Both the position numbers and the translations under genes were made by a program. A stretch of 5,650 nt of DNA, from the IMG/VR virus record IMGVR_UViG_2541047502_000017, one strand, 5' to 3'. Positions 1 to 5,650 of the stretch are shown here, piece after piece. The DNA comes from a virus (taxonomy: Duplodnaviria; Heunggongvirae; Uroviricota; Caudoviricetes). The notes below the pieces were generated by a model, which was not told the DNA's origin, made no database searches, and was given only the letters and a program-made list of their open reading frames with translations. Numbering within the stretch: position 1 is the stretch's first letter; every line of letters starts with the position of its first letter.

Positions 1-1578
1 CTGTTACCCGTTTATGCACAGAAAACCGGGAAAACCACCGATGAAATTGCTGCCATGCTGGCGGATGAGACCTGGATGTCCGGTGCCGAATGTCTGGCAC
101 ATGGATTTGCTGATCAGGTGACGCCAGCCGTTAAGGCAATGGCATGTATTCAGTCAAAACGTACAGAGGAATTTAAAAAGATGCCGGAATCCATTCGAAA
201 CATGATTACTCCGCCACGCAACAGTGCTCCACGCGTACAGGATGATGGACCTGCAGCCTCCCGGACGCCAGTGCAGGCAGCAGCACCTGTGGTGGATGAA
301 AACAGTATCCGTGCGCAGGTACTGGCAGAGCAAAAAGCGCGTGTAAACGGTATTAATGATCTGTTTGCCATGTTTGGCGGGCGTTATCAGACGCTGCAGG
401 CTCAGTGTCTTGCCGATCCTGAATGTTCGCTGGAGCAGGCCCGCGAAAAGCTGTTGAACGAGATGGGGCGCGAGTCCACGCCATCTAATAAAAATACCCC
501 GGCTCATATTTATGCCGGAAACGGTAATTTTGTGGGGGATGGGATCCGCCAGGCGCTGATGGCGCGTGCCGGATTTGAAAAAACCGAACGTGATAATGTC
601 TACAACGGGATGACCCTGCGTGAATATGCCCGTATGTCACTGACTGAACGGGGTATTGGGGTTTCCAGTTATAACCCGATGCAGATGGTCGGTGCGGCGT
701 TCACACACAGTACGTCTGACTTCGGTAATATTCTGCTGGATGTTGCGAACAAAGCCATTCTGCAGGGCTGGGAAGATGCCCCTGAAACCTATGAACAGTG
801 GACGCGGAAAGGTCAGTTGTCTGATTTTAAAATTGCCCATCGTGTGGGTATGGGGGGCTTCAGTGCTCTGCGTCAGGTGCGTGAAGGGGCGGAATATAAA
901 TACGTCACCACCGGAGATAAACAGGCCACTATTGCACTGGCGACCTATGGCGAGCTGTTCAGTATCACCCGTCAGGCCATTATCAATGATGATCTGAATA
1001 TGCTGACCGATGTCCCGATGAAACTGGGCCGTGCGGCGAAATCCACTATTGCCGATCTGGTTTATGCCATTCTGACGTCTAACCCGAAAATCTCCACAGA
1101 TAATGTAAGTCTGTTCGATAAAGCGAAACATGCAAACGTACTGGAGAGCGCTGCAATGGACGTGGCATCGCTGGATAAAGCCCGCCAGTTGATGCGCGTT
1201 CAGAAAGAGGGGGAGCGTCATCTGAATATTCGTCCTGCGTTCGTACTGGTACCGACGGCGATGGAGTCTGTTGCTAACCAGGTCATTCGCTCCTCAAGTG
1301 TCAAGGGGGCTGACATTAACGCCGGTATTATTAACCCGGTGAAAGATTTTGCGACCGTTATTGCAGAGCCTCGTCTTGATGATAACAGCCAGACCACCTT
1401 CTACCTGGCTGCGTCAAAAGGCTCCGATACGATTGAAGTGGCTTATCTCAACGGTGTGGATACGCCATATATTGATCAGATGGAGGGCTTCAGTGTGGAT
1501 GGCGTGACAACGAAAGTGCGTATTGACGCCGGTGTCGCGCCAGTTGATCACCGCGGTCTGGTGAAATGTACGGCGTAA
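1..1578 (+). CDS. Fused prohead protease / scaffold-like linker / HK97-fold major capsid protein; 3' portion only (5' end lies upstream of the window)
   Basis: Frame 1 is open from base 1 (no stop before the ATG at 55 listed in the ORF track), so the gene enters from upstream. The first ~30 codons (…KTTDEIAAMLADETWMSGAECLAHGFADQV) resemble the C-terminal end of ClpP/S49-type phage prohead proteases. A Pro/Ala/Gln-rich, charged linker follows, then ~350 aa that read like an HK97-fold major capsid protein. Stop TAA at 1576-1578. Confidence 0.8.
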   Translation: MLPVYAQKTGKTTDEIAAMLADETWMSGAECLAHGFADQVTPAVKAMACIQSKRTEEFKKMPESIRNMITPPRNSAPRVQDDGPAASRTPVQAAAPVVDENSIRAQVLAEQKARVNGINDLFAMFGGRYQTLQAQCLADPECSLEQAREKLLNEMGRESTPSNKNTPAHIYAGNGNFVGDGIRQALMARAGFEKTERDNVYNGMTLREYARMSLTERGIGVSSYNPMQMVGAAFTHSTSDFGNILLDVANKAILQGWEDAPETYEQWTRKGQLSDFKIAHRVGMGGFSALRQVREGAEYKYVTTGDKQATIALATYGELFSITRQAIINDDLNMLTDVPMKLGRAAKSTIADLVYAILTSNPKISTDNVSLFDKAKHANVLESAAMDVASLDKARQLMRVQKEGERHLNIRPAFVLVPTAMESVANQVIRSSSVKGADINAGIINPVKDFATVIAEPRLDDNSQTTFYLAASKGSDTIEVAYLNGVDTPYIDQMEGFSVDGVTTKVRIDAGVAPVDHRGLVKCTA

Positions 1579-1601
1579 ACGTCGCAGACAACAACTCTGA
1601 T

Positions 1602-1621
1602 GGCCCGTAAGGGCTTTTTTT
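1602..1621 (+). terminator. Possible weak intrinsic terminator/attenuator after the capsid gene
   Basis: GGCCC-GTAA-GGGC hairpin (4-5 bp GC stem, GNRA-type tetraloop) at 1602-1614, immediately followed by a run of 7 T at 1615-1621, 24 nt after the capsid stop. The short stem makes it weak. Confidence 0.35.
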
Positions 1622-1632
1622 GTACCTGAAAT

Positions 1633-1651
1633 CAGCCCCTGAACGGGGCTG
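1633..1651 (+). other. Perfect 7-bp stem-loop just upstream of the next gene's ribosome-binding site (possible RNA stability or processing element)
   Basis: CAGCCCC (1633-1639), loop TGAAC, GGGGCTG (1645-1651) form a perfect inverted repeat. No T-run follows. The GGAGA Shine-Dalgarno at 1654-1658 and the ATG at 1665 come right after. Confidence 0.3.
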
Positions 1652-1664
1652 TGCGGAGACAGTT

Positions 1665-1988
1665 ATGGCAAAGAATTTTGTAGAAGAAGGAAAAACGGTG
1701 GCGATTGTTGCCAGTGCAGCCATCAGCAGCGGAGATCTGGTGCAGGTGGGCGATGTTTTTGCGGTGGCGCTGACCGATATTCCACAGGGTGAAACAGGCG
1801 ACGGCATGACCGAAGGTGTGTTTATGCTGCCTAAGCTGAAAACGGATGACATGAAAACGGGTAAGAAGGTTTATCTGAAGTCAGGAAAAGTTCAGCTGAC
1901 TAACAGCGGCTCTGATCCGCTGGTCGGGGTTGTCTGGGCAGATGCCGGAACCAGTGCAGAAGAAGTGCCGGTAAAACTCAATGTCTGA
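1665..1988 (+). CDS. Small head protein, DUF2190-like (putative capsid decoration/cement protein)
   Basis: 107-aa ORF. ATG at 1665 is preceded by GGAGA at 1654-1658; the ORF-track start at 1620 is a TTG lying inside the hairpin/T-run and is unlikely. Gly/Val-rich, beta-rich composition and position immediately after the major capsid gene. The family name is from memory and not verified. Stop TGA at 1986-1988 overlaps the next start. Confidence 0.65.
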   Translation: MAKNFVEEGKTVAIVASAAISSGDLVQVGDVFAVALTDIPQGETGDGMTEGVFMLPKLKTDDMKTGKKVYLKSGKVQLTNSGSDPLVGVVWADAGTSAEEVPVKLNV

Positions 1989-2256
1989 TCCCTTTTCCCG
2001 GCTGGCAGCGCGTATGGATGCTATCACGGTCAGAAAGATGGGAAAGACAGCCTCGATTAATGATGTCGATATGACTGTGATCCCGGGAGAAACACTGGCA
2101 GAGCTGAATGCTCTGTCCGGACCTGCGGTCTCTCTGGTGGTGTTTTCTTCGGGATACCGCCCACGGCGCGGGGATCGCGTTGTTTATGACGGACAACAAT
2201 GGACGGTCACACGGCATGAACGCTTTAACGGTAAGCCAATGATCTTTATTGAGTAA
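1981..2256 (+). CDS. Head-tail joining (head completion) protein, lambda FII-like
   Basis: 91-aa ORF. Its ATG at 1981 overlaps the upstream stop (ATGTCTGA, 8-nt overlap), indicating translational coupling. Recalled similarity to lambda gpFII at both ends (FSRLAARMDAI versus FDNLFDAAIARAD; PRRGDRVVYDGQQWTV versus LRRGDTLTIGEENFWV). Stop TAA at 2254-2256. Confidence 0.65.
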   Translation: MSDPFSRLAARMDAITVRKMGKTASINDVDMTVIPGETLAELNALSGPAVSLVVFSSGYRPRRGDRVVYDGQQWTVTRHERFNGKPMIFIE

Positions 2257-2267
2257 AGAGGTGTGGG

Positions 2268-2846
2268 ATGAAGGGGCTTGAGAATGCCATCCGCAATCTG
2301 AACAGCCTTGATACCCGTATGGTGCCACAGGCCAGCGCATGGGCGATAAACCGTGTGGCACAGAAAGCGGGCTCGGTTGCCACCCGGCAGGTTGCCGGGA
2401 ATACCGTTGCGGGAGATAACCAGGTGAAAGGGATCCCCCTGAAACTGGTTCGTCAGCGTGTCCGGGTGTTTAAAGCCAGTCCGTCAGGAAAAATGACGGC
2501 CAGGATCCGCGTTAACCGGGGCAATCTGCCCGCCATTAAGCTGGGGACAGCCCGGGTCAGACTGGCCCAGCGTGGTGGAAAACTGCAGTACCGTGGCAGT
2601 GTGCTGAAGGTGGGTAAATATCTTTTCCGGGATGCGTTTATTCAGCAACTGGCGAATGGTCGCTGGCATGTGATGCGGCGTATTGATGGCAAAAATCGTT
2701 ACCCCATTGATGTGGTGAAAATCCCGCTGTCCGGACCGCTGACACAGGCATTTGAAGATGCCCGCGACCGCATCATTGCTGCGGAAATGCCGAAACAGCT
2801 GGGGTATGCACTGAAACAACAACTGAGGTTATGGCTGACCCGATGA
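2268..2846 (+). CDS. Tail completion protein, lambda Z-like
   Basis: 192 aa, the same length as lambda gpZ. N-terminus MKGLENAIRNL…AWAINRVAQKA and C-terminus …NGRWHVMRRIDGKNRYPIDVVKIP…LGYALKQQLR resemble gpZ as I recall it. AGAGGTG ribosome-binding site at 2257-2263. Synteny FII-Z-U-V. Confidence 0.8.
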   Translation: MKGLENAIRNLNSLDTRMVPQASAWAINRVAQKAGSVATRQVAGNTVAGDNQVKGIPLKLVRQRVRVFKASPSGKMTARIRVNRGNLPAIKLGTARVRLAQRGGKLQYRGSVLKVGKYLFRDAFIQQLANGRWHVMRRIDGKNRYPIDVVKIPLSGPLTQAFEDARDRIIAAEMPKQLGYALKQQLRLWLTR

Positions 2847-3244
2847 ACCGACATACACAAATCCGCCAGGTCGTACTGGCACGCCTTCGGGAACAGTGTG
2901 GAGACAGCGCCACGTTTTTTGACGGGCTTCCGGCATTTGTTGATGCGCAGGAACTGCCTGCCGTGGCGGTGTGGCTGAGTGATGCTCAGTACACCGGAAA
3001 AATGACGGATGAAGATGACTGGCAGGCTGTTCTGCATATTGCTGTCTTCATCCGGGCACAGGCACCGGATTCAGAGCTGGATATGTGGATGGAGAGCACC
3101 ATTTTCCCGGCCCTGAATGATGTATCGGCACTTTCCGGACTCATCGACACCCTGATCCCACTCGGTTTTAACTATCAACGTGATAATGAGATGGCCACCT
3201 GGGCGATGGCGGAAATCACGTACCAGATCACGTACACGAATTAA
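2843..3244 (+). CDS. Tail terminator protein, lambda U-like
   Basis: Start ATG at 2843 overlaps the Z stop in an ATGA arrangement (TGA 2844-2846). The product MNRHTQIRQVVLARL…ATFFDGLPAFVDAQELPAVAVWLSDAQYTG…DSELDMWMES…ITYQITY closely parallels lambda gpU (…ATFFDGRPAVFDE…PAVAVYL…DSELDAWMES…LTYVITY). An in-frame ATG at 2831 is an alternative start. Stop TAA at 3242-3244. Confidence 0.85.
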   Translation: MNRHTQIRQVVLARLREQCGDSATFFDGLPAFVDAQELPAVAVWLSDAQYTGKMTDEDDWQAVLHIAVFIRAQAPDSELDMWMESTIFPALNDVSALSGLIDTLIPLGFNYQRDNEMATWAMAEITYQITYTN

Positions 3245-3254
3245 GGAGGTGGTA

Positions 3255-3998
3255 ATGACCACGCCAAATCCACTGGCAAAGACGAAAGGTGCGGGGACGA
3301 CGTTCTGGATGTATACCGGCAACGGCGATGCGTTTGCGAACCCTTTGTCGGACACTGACTGGCTGCGTCTTGCGATGGTGAAGGATCTGCAACCTGGCGA
3401 AATGACCGCTGATGCAGAAGATGACACTTATCTCGATGATGAAGATGCAGACTGGAAAACGACAACCCAGGGGCAGAAATCCGTTGGTGATACTTCGGCG
3501 ACGCTGGCCTGGCGTCCGGGTGACAGCGGGCAGAAAAAACTGGTTCAGTTGTTCGACTCCGGTGAAGTCTGCGCGTTTCGTATCAAATATCCCAACGGCA
3601 CTGTTGATGTTTTCCGCGGCTGGCTGAGCTCACTGGGTAAAACCATTGCCTCAAAAGACGTGATGACCCGCACAGTGAAAATCAGCGGTGTGGGGCGTCC
3701 ATATCTGGCAGAGGAGGGCACTGAAACTGTGGGCGTTACCGGGCTGACGGTGGCACCGGCATCCGCCAGTGTCAATGTGGGAGCAACCACCACGCTGACC
3801 TTTACAGTAAAACCTGACGGAGCCAGTGACAAAGCGATCAGTGTGCATTCGACAGATCCACAGACAGCCACTGTGACCCTGAACGGACTTGTGGCCACGG
3901 TGAAAGGCGTGAAGCAGGGCAGCGTCAGCATTGTGGGCATGACCGCTGACGGGAATTTTGTGGCTGTGGCTGCGGTGACTGTCAGCGCTGCAGGTTAA
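3255..3998 (+). CDS. Major tail tube protein, lambda V-like, with C-terminal Ig-like (Big_2-type) domain
   Basis: Strong ribosome-binding site AAGGAGGT at 3243-3250, 4 nt before the ATG at 3255. The N-terminus MTTPNPLAKTKGAGTTFWMYTGNGDAFANPLSDTDW…YLDDEDADW…GDTSATLAWRPGDSGQ…YPNGTVDVFRGWLSSLG matches lambda gpV nearly motif for motif. The C-terminal ~90 aa (GLTVAPASASVNVGATTTLTFTVKPDG…) look like a Big_2 Ig-like domain. The ORF-track start at 3180 lies inside the U gene and is rejected. Stop TAA at 3996-3998. Confidence 0.9.
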   Translation: MTTPNPLAKTKGAGTTFWMYTGNGDAFANPLSDTDWLRLAMVKDLQPGEMTADAEDDTYLDDEDADWKTTTQGQKSVGDTSATLAWRPGDSGQKKLVQLFDSGEVCAFRIKYPNGTVDVFRGWLSSLGKTIASKDVMTRTVKISGVGRPYLAEEGTETVGVTGLTVAPASASVNVGATTTLTFTVKPDGASDKAISVHSTDPQTATVTLNGLVATVKGVKQGSVSIVGMTADGNFVAVAAVTVSAAG

Positions 3999-4018
3999 CA
4001 GGACGATACTCATCATTT

Positions 4019-4042
4019 GCCCCGGTTATCCGGGGCTTTTTT
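4019..4042 (+). terminator. Rho-independent terminator/attenuator between the major tail gene and the chaperone gene
   Basis: GCCCCGG (4019-4025), loop TTAT, CCGGGGC (4030-4036) give a perfect 7-bp GC-rich stem, followed directly by TTTTTT (4037-4042). It starts 20 nt after the V-like stop and lies just upstream of the G-like ribosome-binding site. Confidence 0.55.
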
Positions 4043-4055
4043 GCAGGTGGAGAAC

Positions 4056-4445
4056 ATGATGTTTCTGAAACAGGGCACGTTTAATTATGAAAAGCAGTCC
4101 GTGGTGCTCAGTGAGCTGTCCGGGCTGCAGAGAATTGAATATCTGGCGTTTGTTCAGCAGCGAACGGCAAAGTTTGATGCCGAAGAGGGAGAACTGCCGG
4201 AGGCTGAACGACAGATTGCTTTTCTGCGGATGGGGATGGATATCAATGCCTGGCTGGTTTCCCGCTCACTGTGGAATGCGGAACAGTCTCAGGATGTTGA
4301 GACGCTTTGCGCATCCGTTATTACAACATGGTCGTATGATGCCCTGGGAGCGGGGGCGGAGATGGTTCTGTCGCTGAGCGGTATGGGAGCCATTGAGAAT
4401 GCCGGGGATTTGGAGCATGAGGTGCTGACGCCGGAAAAGTCCTGA
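4056..4445 (+). CDS. Tail assembly chaperone, lambda G-like
   Basis: MMFLKQGTFNYEKQSVVLSELSGLQRIEYLAF… parallels lambda gpG (MFLKTESFEHNGVTVTLSELSALQRIEHLA…). AGGTGGAG ribosome-binding site at 4045-4052. The start is ATG 4056 or the adjacent ATG 4059. The ORF-track start at 4017 is a TTG inside the terminator hairpin. Stop TGA at 4443-4445. Confidence 0.85.
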   Translation: MMFLKQGTFNYEKQSVVLSELSGLQRIEYLAFVQQRTAKFDAEEGELPEAERQIAFLRMGMDINAWLVSRSLWNAEQSQDVETLCASVITTWSYDALGAGAEMVLSLSGMGAIENAGDLEHEVLTPEKS

Positions 4446-4783
4446 CGCGGGAAATGCAGTTTGTCATGCGGCTTGCCCGGGAGTTCCGGCGGGCAGACTG
4501 GCGGCGGATGCTGTCGGAAATGTCGGCCACTGAGCTTGGTGAGTGGGGCGATTATTTCCGGATGCAGAGCTTCAGTGATGTGTGGATGGATGCGCAGTTT
4601 GCCTCGCTGAAGGCATTGATCGTGAGAATGGTGTCCGGTAGCAGTGATGCTGCGGTGGCTGATTTCAGCCTTTTACCGGAAGAGAACGGGATACCGGAGC
4701 GAACGGACGAAGAACTGATGCATCTTGGGGAAGGTATTTCCGGAGGTGTGCGTTATGGACCAGATAGCCAACCTGGTCATTGA
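4056..4783 (+). CDS. Tail assembly chaperone G-T fusion product, made by a -1 frameshift near 4433-4439 (two-segment CDS: 4056 to about 4439 in frame 0, then about 4439 to 4783 in frame -1)
   Basis: The downstream ORF (4454-4783 in the track) is in the -1 frame relative to G, overlaps the G 3' end, and has no ribosome-binding site of its own. This is the conserved G/G-T architecture upstream of tape measure genes in long-tailed phages. Stop TGA at 4781-4783. Confidence 0.7.
4433..4439 (+). other. Putative -1 programmed ribosomal frameshift site (heptamer G GAA AAG) for the G-T fusion
   Basis: The -1 frame is open only from 4421 (stop TGA at 4418-4420) and the G frame stops at 4443, so the shift must occur within 4421-4442. 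The only slippery element in that interval is GAA-AAG at 4434-4439, preceded by G. It differs by one base from lambda's G GGA AAG. Confidence 0.55.
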
Positions 4784-5390
4784 TTTGGGGATTGATGCGG
4801 CAGAGTTTAAAAATGAAATTCCCCGTATCAAAAACCTTCTGAATGGTGCAGCCAGCGATGCAGAACGGTCTTCTGCCCGTATGCAGCGTTTTATGGAGCG
4901 TCAGACTCAGGCCGCCCGGCAGACAATGCAGGCGGCTTCTTCGGCTGCAACAGCCGCATCCGTCCATGCGCAGACGGTGGAGAAGAGCGCACAGGCTCAT
5001 GAACGCATGGCCCGCGAGGTGGAGCAAACCCGCCAGCGTATGGAGGCACTGAGCCAGAAAATGCGCGAGGAACAGGCGCAGGCCATGGCTCTGGCGGAGG
5101 CTCAGGATAAAGCGGCTGCTGCGTTTTATCGTCAGATTGACAGTGTGAAACAGGCCGGTGCGGGGCTGCAGGAATTACAGCGTATTCAGCAACAGATCCG
5201 ACAGGCCAGAAACAGTGGCGGGATTGGTCAGCAGGATTATCTGGCGCTGATTTCTGAGGTTACGGCGAAAACCCGTGTTCTTACACAGGCTGAGGAAGAG
5301 GCTACCCGACAGAAAGTGGCGTTTATCCGTCAGCTTAAAGAGCAGGCAACCCGCCAGAATCTTTCTTCTTCTGAGTTGCTTCGTGCGTAA
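4755..5390 (+). pseudogene. Tape measure protein gene, N-terminal ~212 codons only; truncated by an insertion sequence
   Basis: GGAGGTG ribosome-binding site at 4742-4748 and ATG at 4755, overlapping the end of T by 29 nt. The N-terminus MDQIANLVIDLGIDAAEFKNE… resembles lambda gpH (…VGDLVVDLSLDAARFDEQ…), followed by Ala/Gln/Arg-rich coiled-coil-like sequence typical of tape measure proteins. Tape measure proteins of tails this type are usually 700-1100 aa, but this frame stops at TAA 5388-5390, which sits inside the GTAAGCG terminal motif of the IS. Confidence 0.7.
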
Positions 5391-5650
5391 GCGTACATCC
5401 TGAACCGTCTGGTCAGAATCTGACGAATTAGACAAAGTGGTGTCCACCAAATAAGTAGTGGGAACCAAAGTATCAGATATGCAGAAAAATGTGACTCCCG
5501 GCAGGCGAAAAGGCTGCCCTAATTATCCTCCCGAATTTAAACAGCAGCTCGTTGCTGCCTCCTGTGAACCCGGGATATCCATCTCAAAACTTGCTCTTGA
5601 AAATGGCATTAACGCCAATCTGTTGTTCAAATGGCGACAACAATGGCGCG
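5387..5650 (+). mobile_element. IS66-family insertion sequence, left end (continues beyond the window)
   Basis: The sequence beginning GTAAGCG at 5387 matches the 5'-GTAAGCG terminal inverted-repeat motif I recall for the IS66 family. About 90 bp further in, an ORF begins whose product resembles IS66-family TnpA/orf1. It interrupts an otherwise conserved phage gene. Confidence 0.6.
5479..5650 (+). CDS. IS66-family transposase accessory protein TnpA (orf1), N-terminal 57 codons; 3' end beyond the window
   Basis: Frame 1 is open from the ATG at 5479 to the window end. Translation: MQKNVTPGRRKGCPNYPPEFKQQLVAASCEPGISISKLALENGINANLLFKWRQQWR, with a helix-turn-helix-like segment and the ANLL…W(R/K)QQW motif typical of IS66-family orf1 proteins. 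It is not in the ORF track because it has no stop within the window. Confidence 0.65.
   Translation, partial: MQKNVTPGRRKGCPNYPPEFKQQLVAASCEPGISISKLALENGINANLLFKWRQQWR

Noticed and set aside
150-507. Two minus-strand ORFs (73 and 117 aa) at the 5' end
   Set aside because: Both are antisense to the protease/capsid fusion gene; low-complexity, no start context.
656-997. 113-aa + strand ORF in an alternative frame inside the capsid gene
   Set aside because: It overlaps the capsid frame entirely; Trp/Cys/Arg-rich shadow frame.
637-1221. 194-aa ORF on the minus strand inside the capsid gene
   Set aside because: It is fully antisense to a well-supported capsid coding region, has no ribosome-binding site or recognisable motif, and has the Arg/Cys/His-rich composition typical of frame-shadow ORFs in GC-rich coding DNA.
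1620-1664. Upstream TTG start proposed by the ORF track for the DUF2190-like gene
   Set aside because: The TTG lies within the hairpin/T-run region, and the ATG at 1665 has a properly spaced GGAGA ribosome-binding site.
1490-1852. 120-aa minus-strand ORF spanning the capsid/DUF2190 junction
   Set aside because: Antisense to two well-supported genes and to the intergenic hairpins; no independent support.
1978-2361. 127-aa minus-strand ORF over the FII-like gene
   Set aside because: Antisense to FII-like and Z-like genes; Cys/His/Arg-rich, no motif.
2831-2842. Alternative upstream ATG (2831) for the U-like gene
   Set aside because: Not excluded, but the ATG at 2843 gives the classic ATGA stop/start overlap with Z and an N-terminus that aligns with lambda gpU (MKHTELRAAVL versus MNRHTQIRQVVL).
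2484-3037. Two 112-aa minus-strand ORFs over the Z/U region
   Set aside because: Antisense to genes with strong lambda similarity; no start signals.
3180-3254. ORF-track start at 3180 for the major tail gene
   Set aside because: It lies inside the U-like gene in another frame. The ATG at 3255 has a perfect AAGGAGGT ribosome-binding site and reproduces the lambda gpV N-terminus.
3071-3465. Minus-strand ORFs (118 and 74 aa) across the U/V junction
   Set aside because: Antisense to the coding sequence and to the strong V ribosome-binding site; shadow ORFs.
3412-4016. ORFs inside the major tail gene (71 aa on +, 131 and 121 aa on -)
   Set aside because: Alternative-frame or antisense ORFs within the most confidently assigned gene in the window.
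4017-4055. TTG start at 4017 for the G-like gene
   Set aside because: The TTG sits inside the terminator hairpin. The ATG at 4056 or 4059, behind an AGGTGGAG ribosome-binding site, matches the lambda gpG N-terminus.
4087-4377. 96-aa + strand ORF in another frame inside the G-like gene
   Set aside because: Trp/Cys/Arg-rich shadow frame; no ribosome-binding site.
4321-4530. 69-aa minus-strand ORF across the G/T frameshift region
   Set aside because: Antisense; Pro/Ser/Arg-rich low complexity.
4665-5052. 120-aa minus-strand ORF and 69-aa + alternative-frame ORF over the T/tape measure region
   Set aside because: They overlap well-supported coding frames; Arg/Cys-rich shadow ORFs.
5175-5468. 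97-aa minus-strand ORF spanning the tape measure/IS junction
   Set aside because: It crosses the inferred insertion boundary and is antisense to the tape measure fragment; most likely fortuitous. Worth re-checking only if the IS interpretation is refuted.
1-5650. Search for CRISPR arrays, tRNA/rRNA genes, long tandem repeats or defence-system-like cargo genes
   Set aside because: By eye there are no regularly spaced direct repeats, no tRNA-like cloverleaf candidates, and no unassigned + strand ORF of meaningful size.

Overview
This window is one contiguous, same-strand (+) late morphogenesis operon of a lambdoid (siphovirus-type) prophage, most likely from an enterobacterial host. The order is: 3' part of a fused prohead protease/scaffold/major capsid gene, a small DUF2190-like head protein, an FII-like head-tail joining protein, Z-like and U-like tail completion/terminator proteins, a V-like major tail protein with a C-terminal Ig-like domain, a G-like tail assembly chaperone with a -1 frameshift extension (G-T), and the start of the tape measure gene. 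The tape measure reading frame stops after about 212 codons, exactly where a sequence beginning GTAAGCG starts, followed about 90 bp later by an open reading frame resembling an IS66-family TnpA (orf1) N-terminus. I read this as an IS66-family insertion that truncates the tape measure gene, implying a tail-defective prophage. I also see two hairpin-plus-T-run elements (after the capsid gene and after the major tail gene) and a non-canonical slippery heptamer for the G-T shift. I do not see a candidate novel defence or accessory system: intergenic space is minimal and every sizeable + strand ORF fits the morphogenesis module. All assignments rest on reading the translations and on recalled similarity to phage lambda and related prophage proteins; no database search was run.
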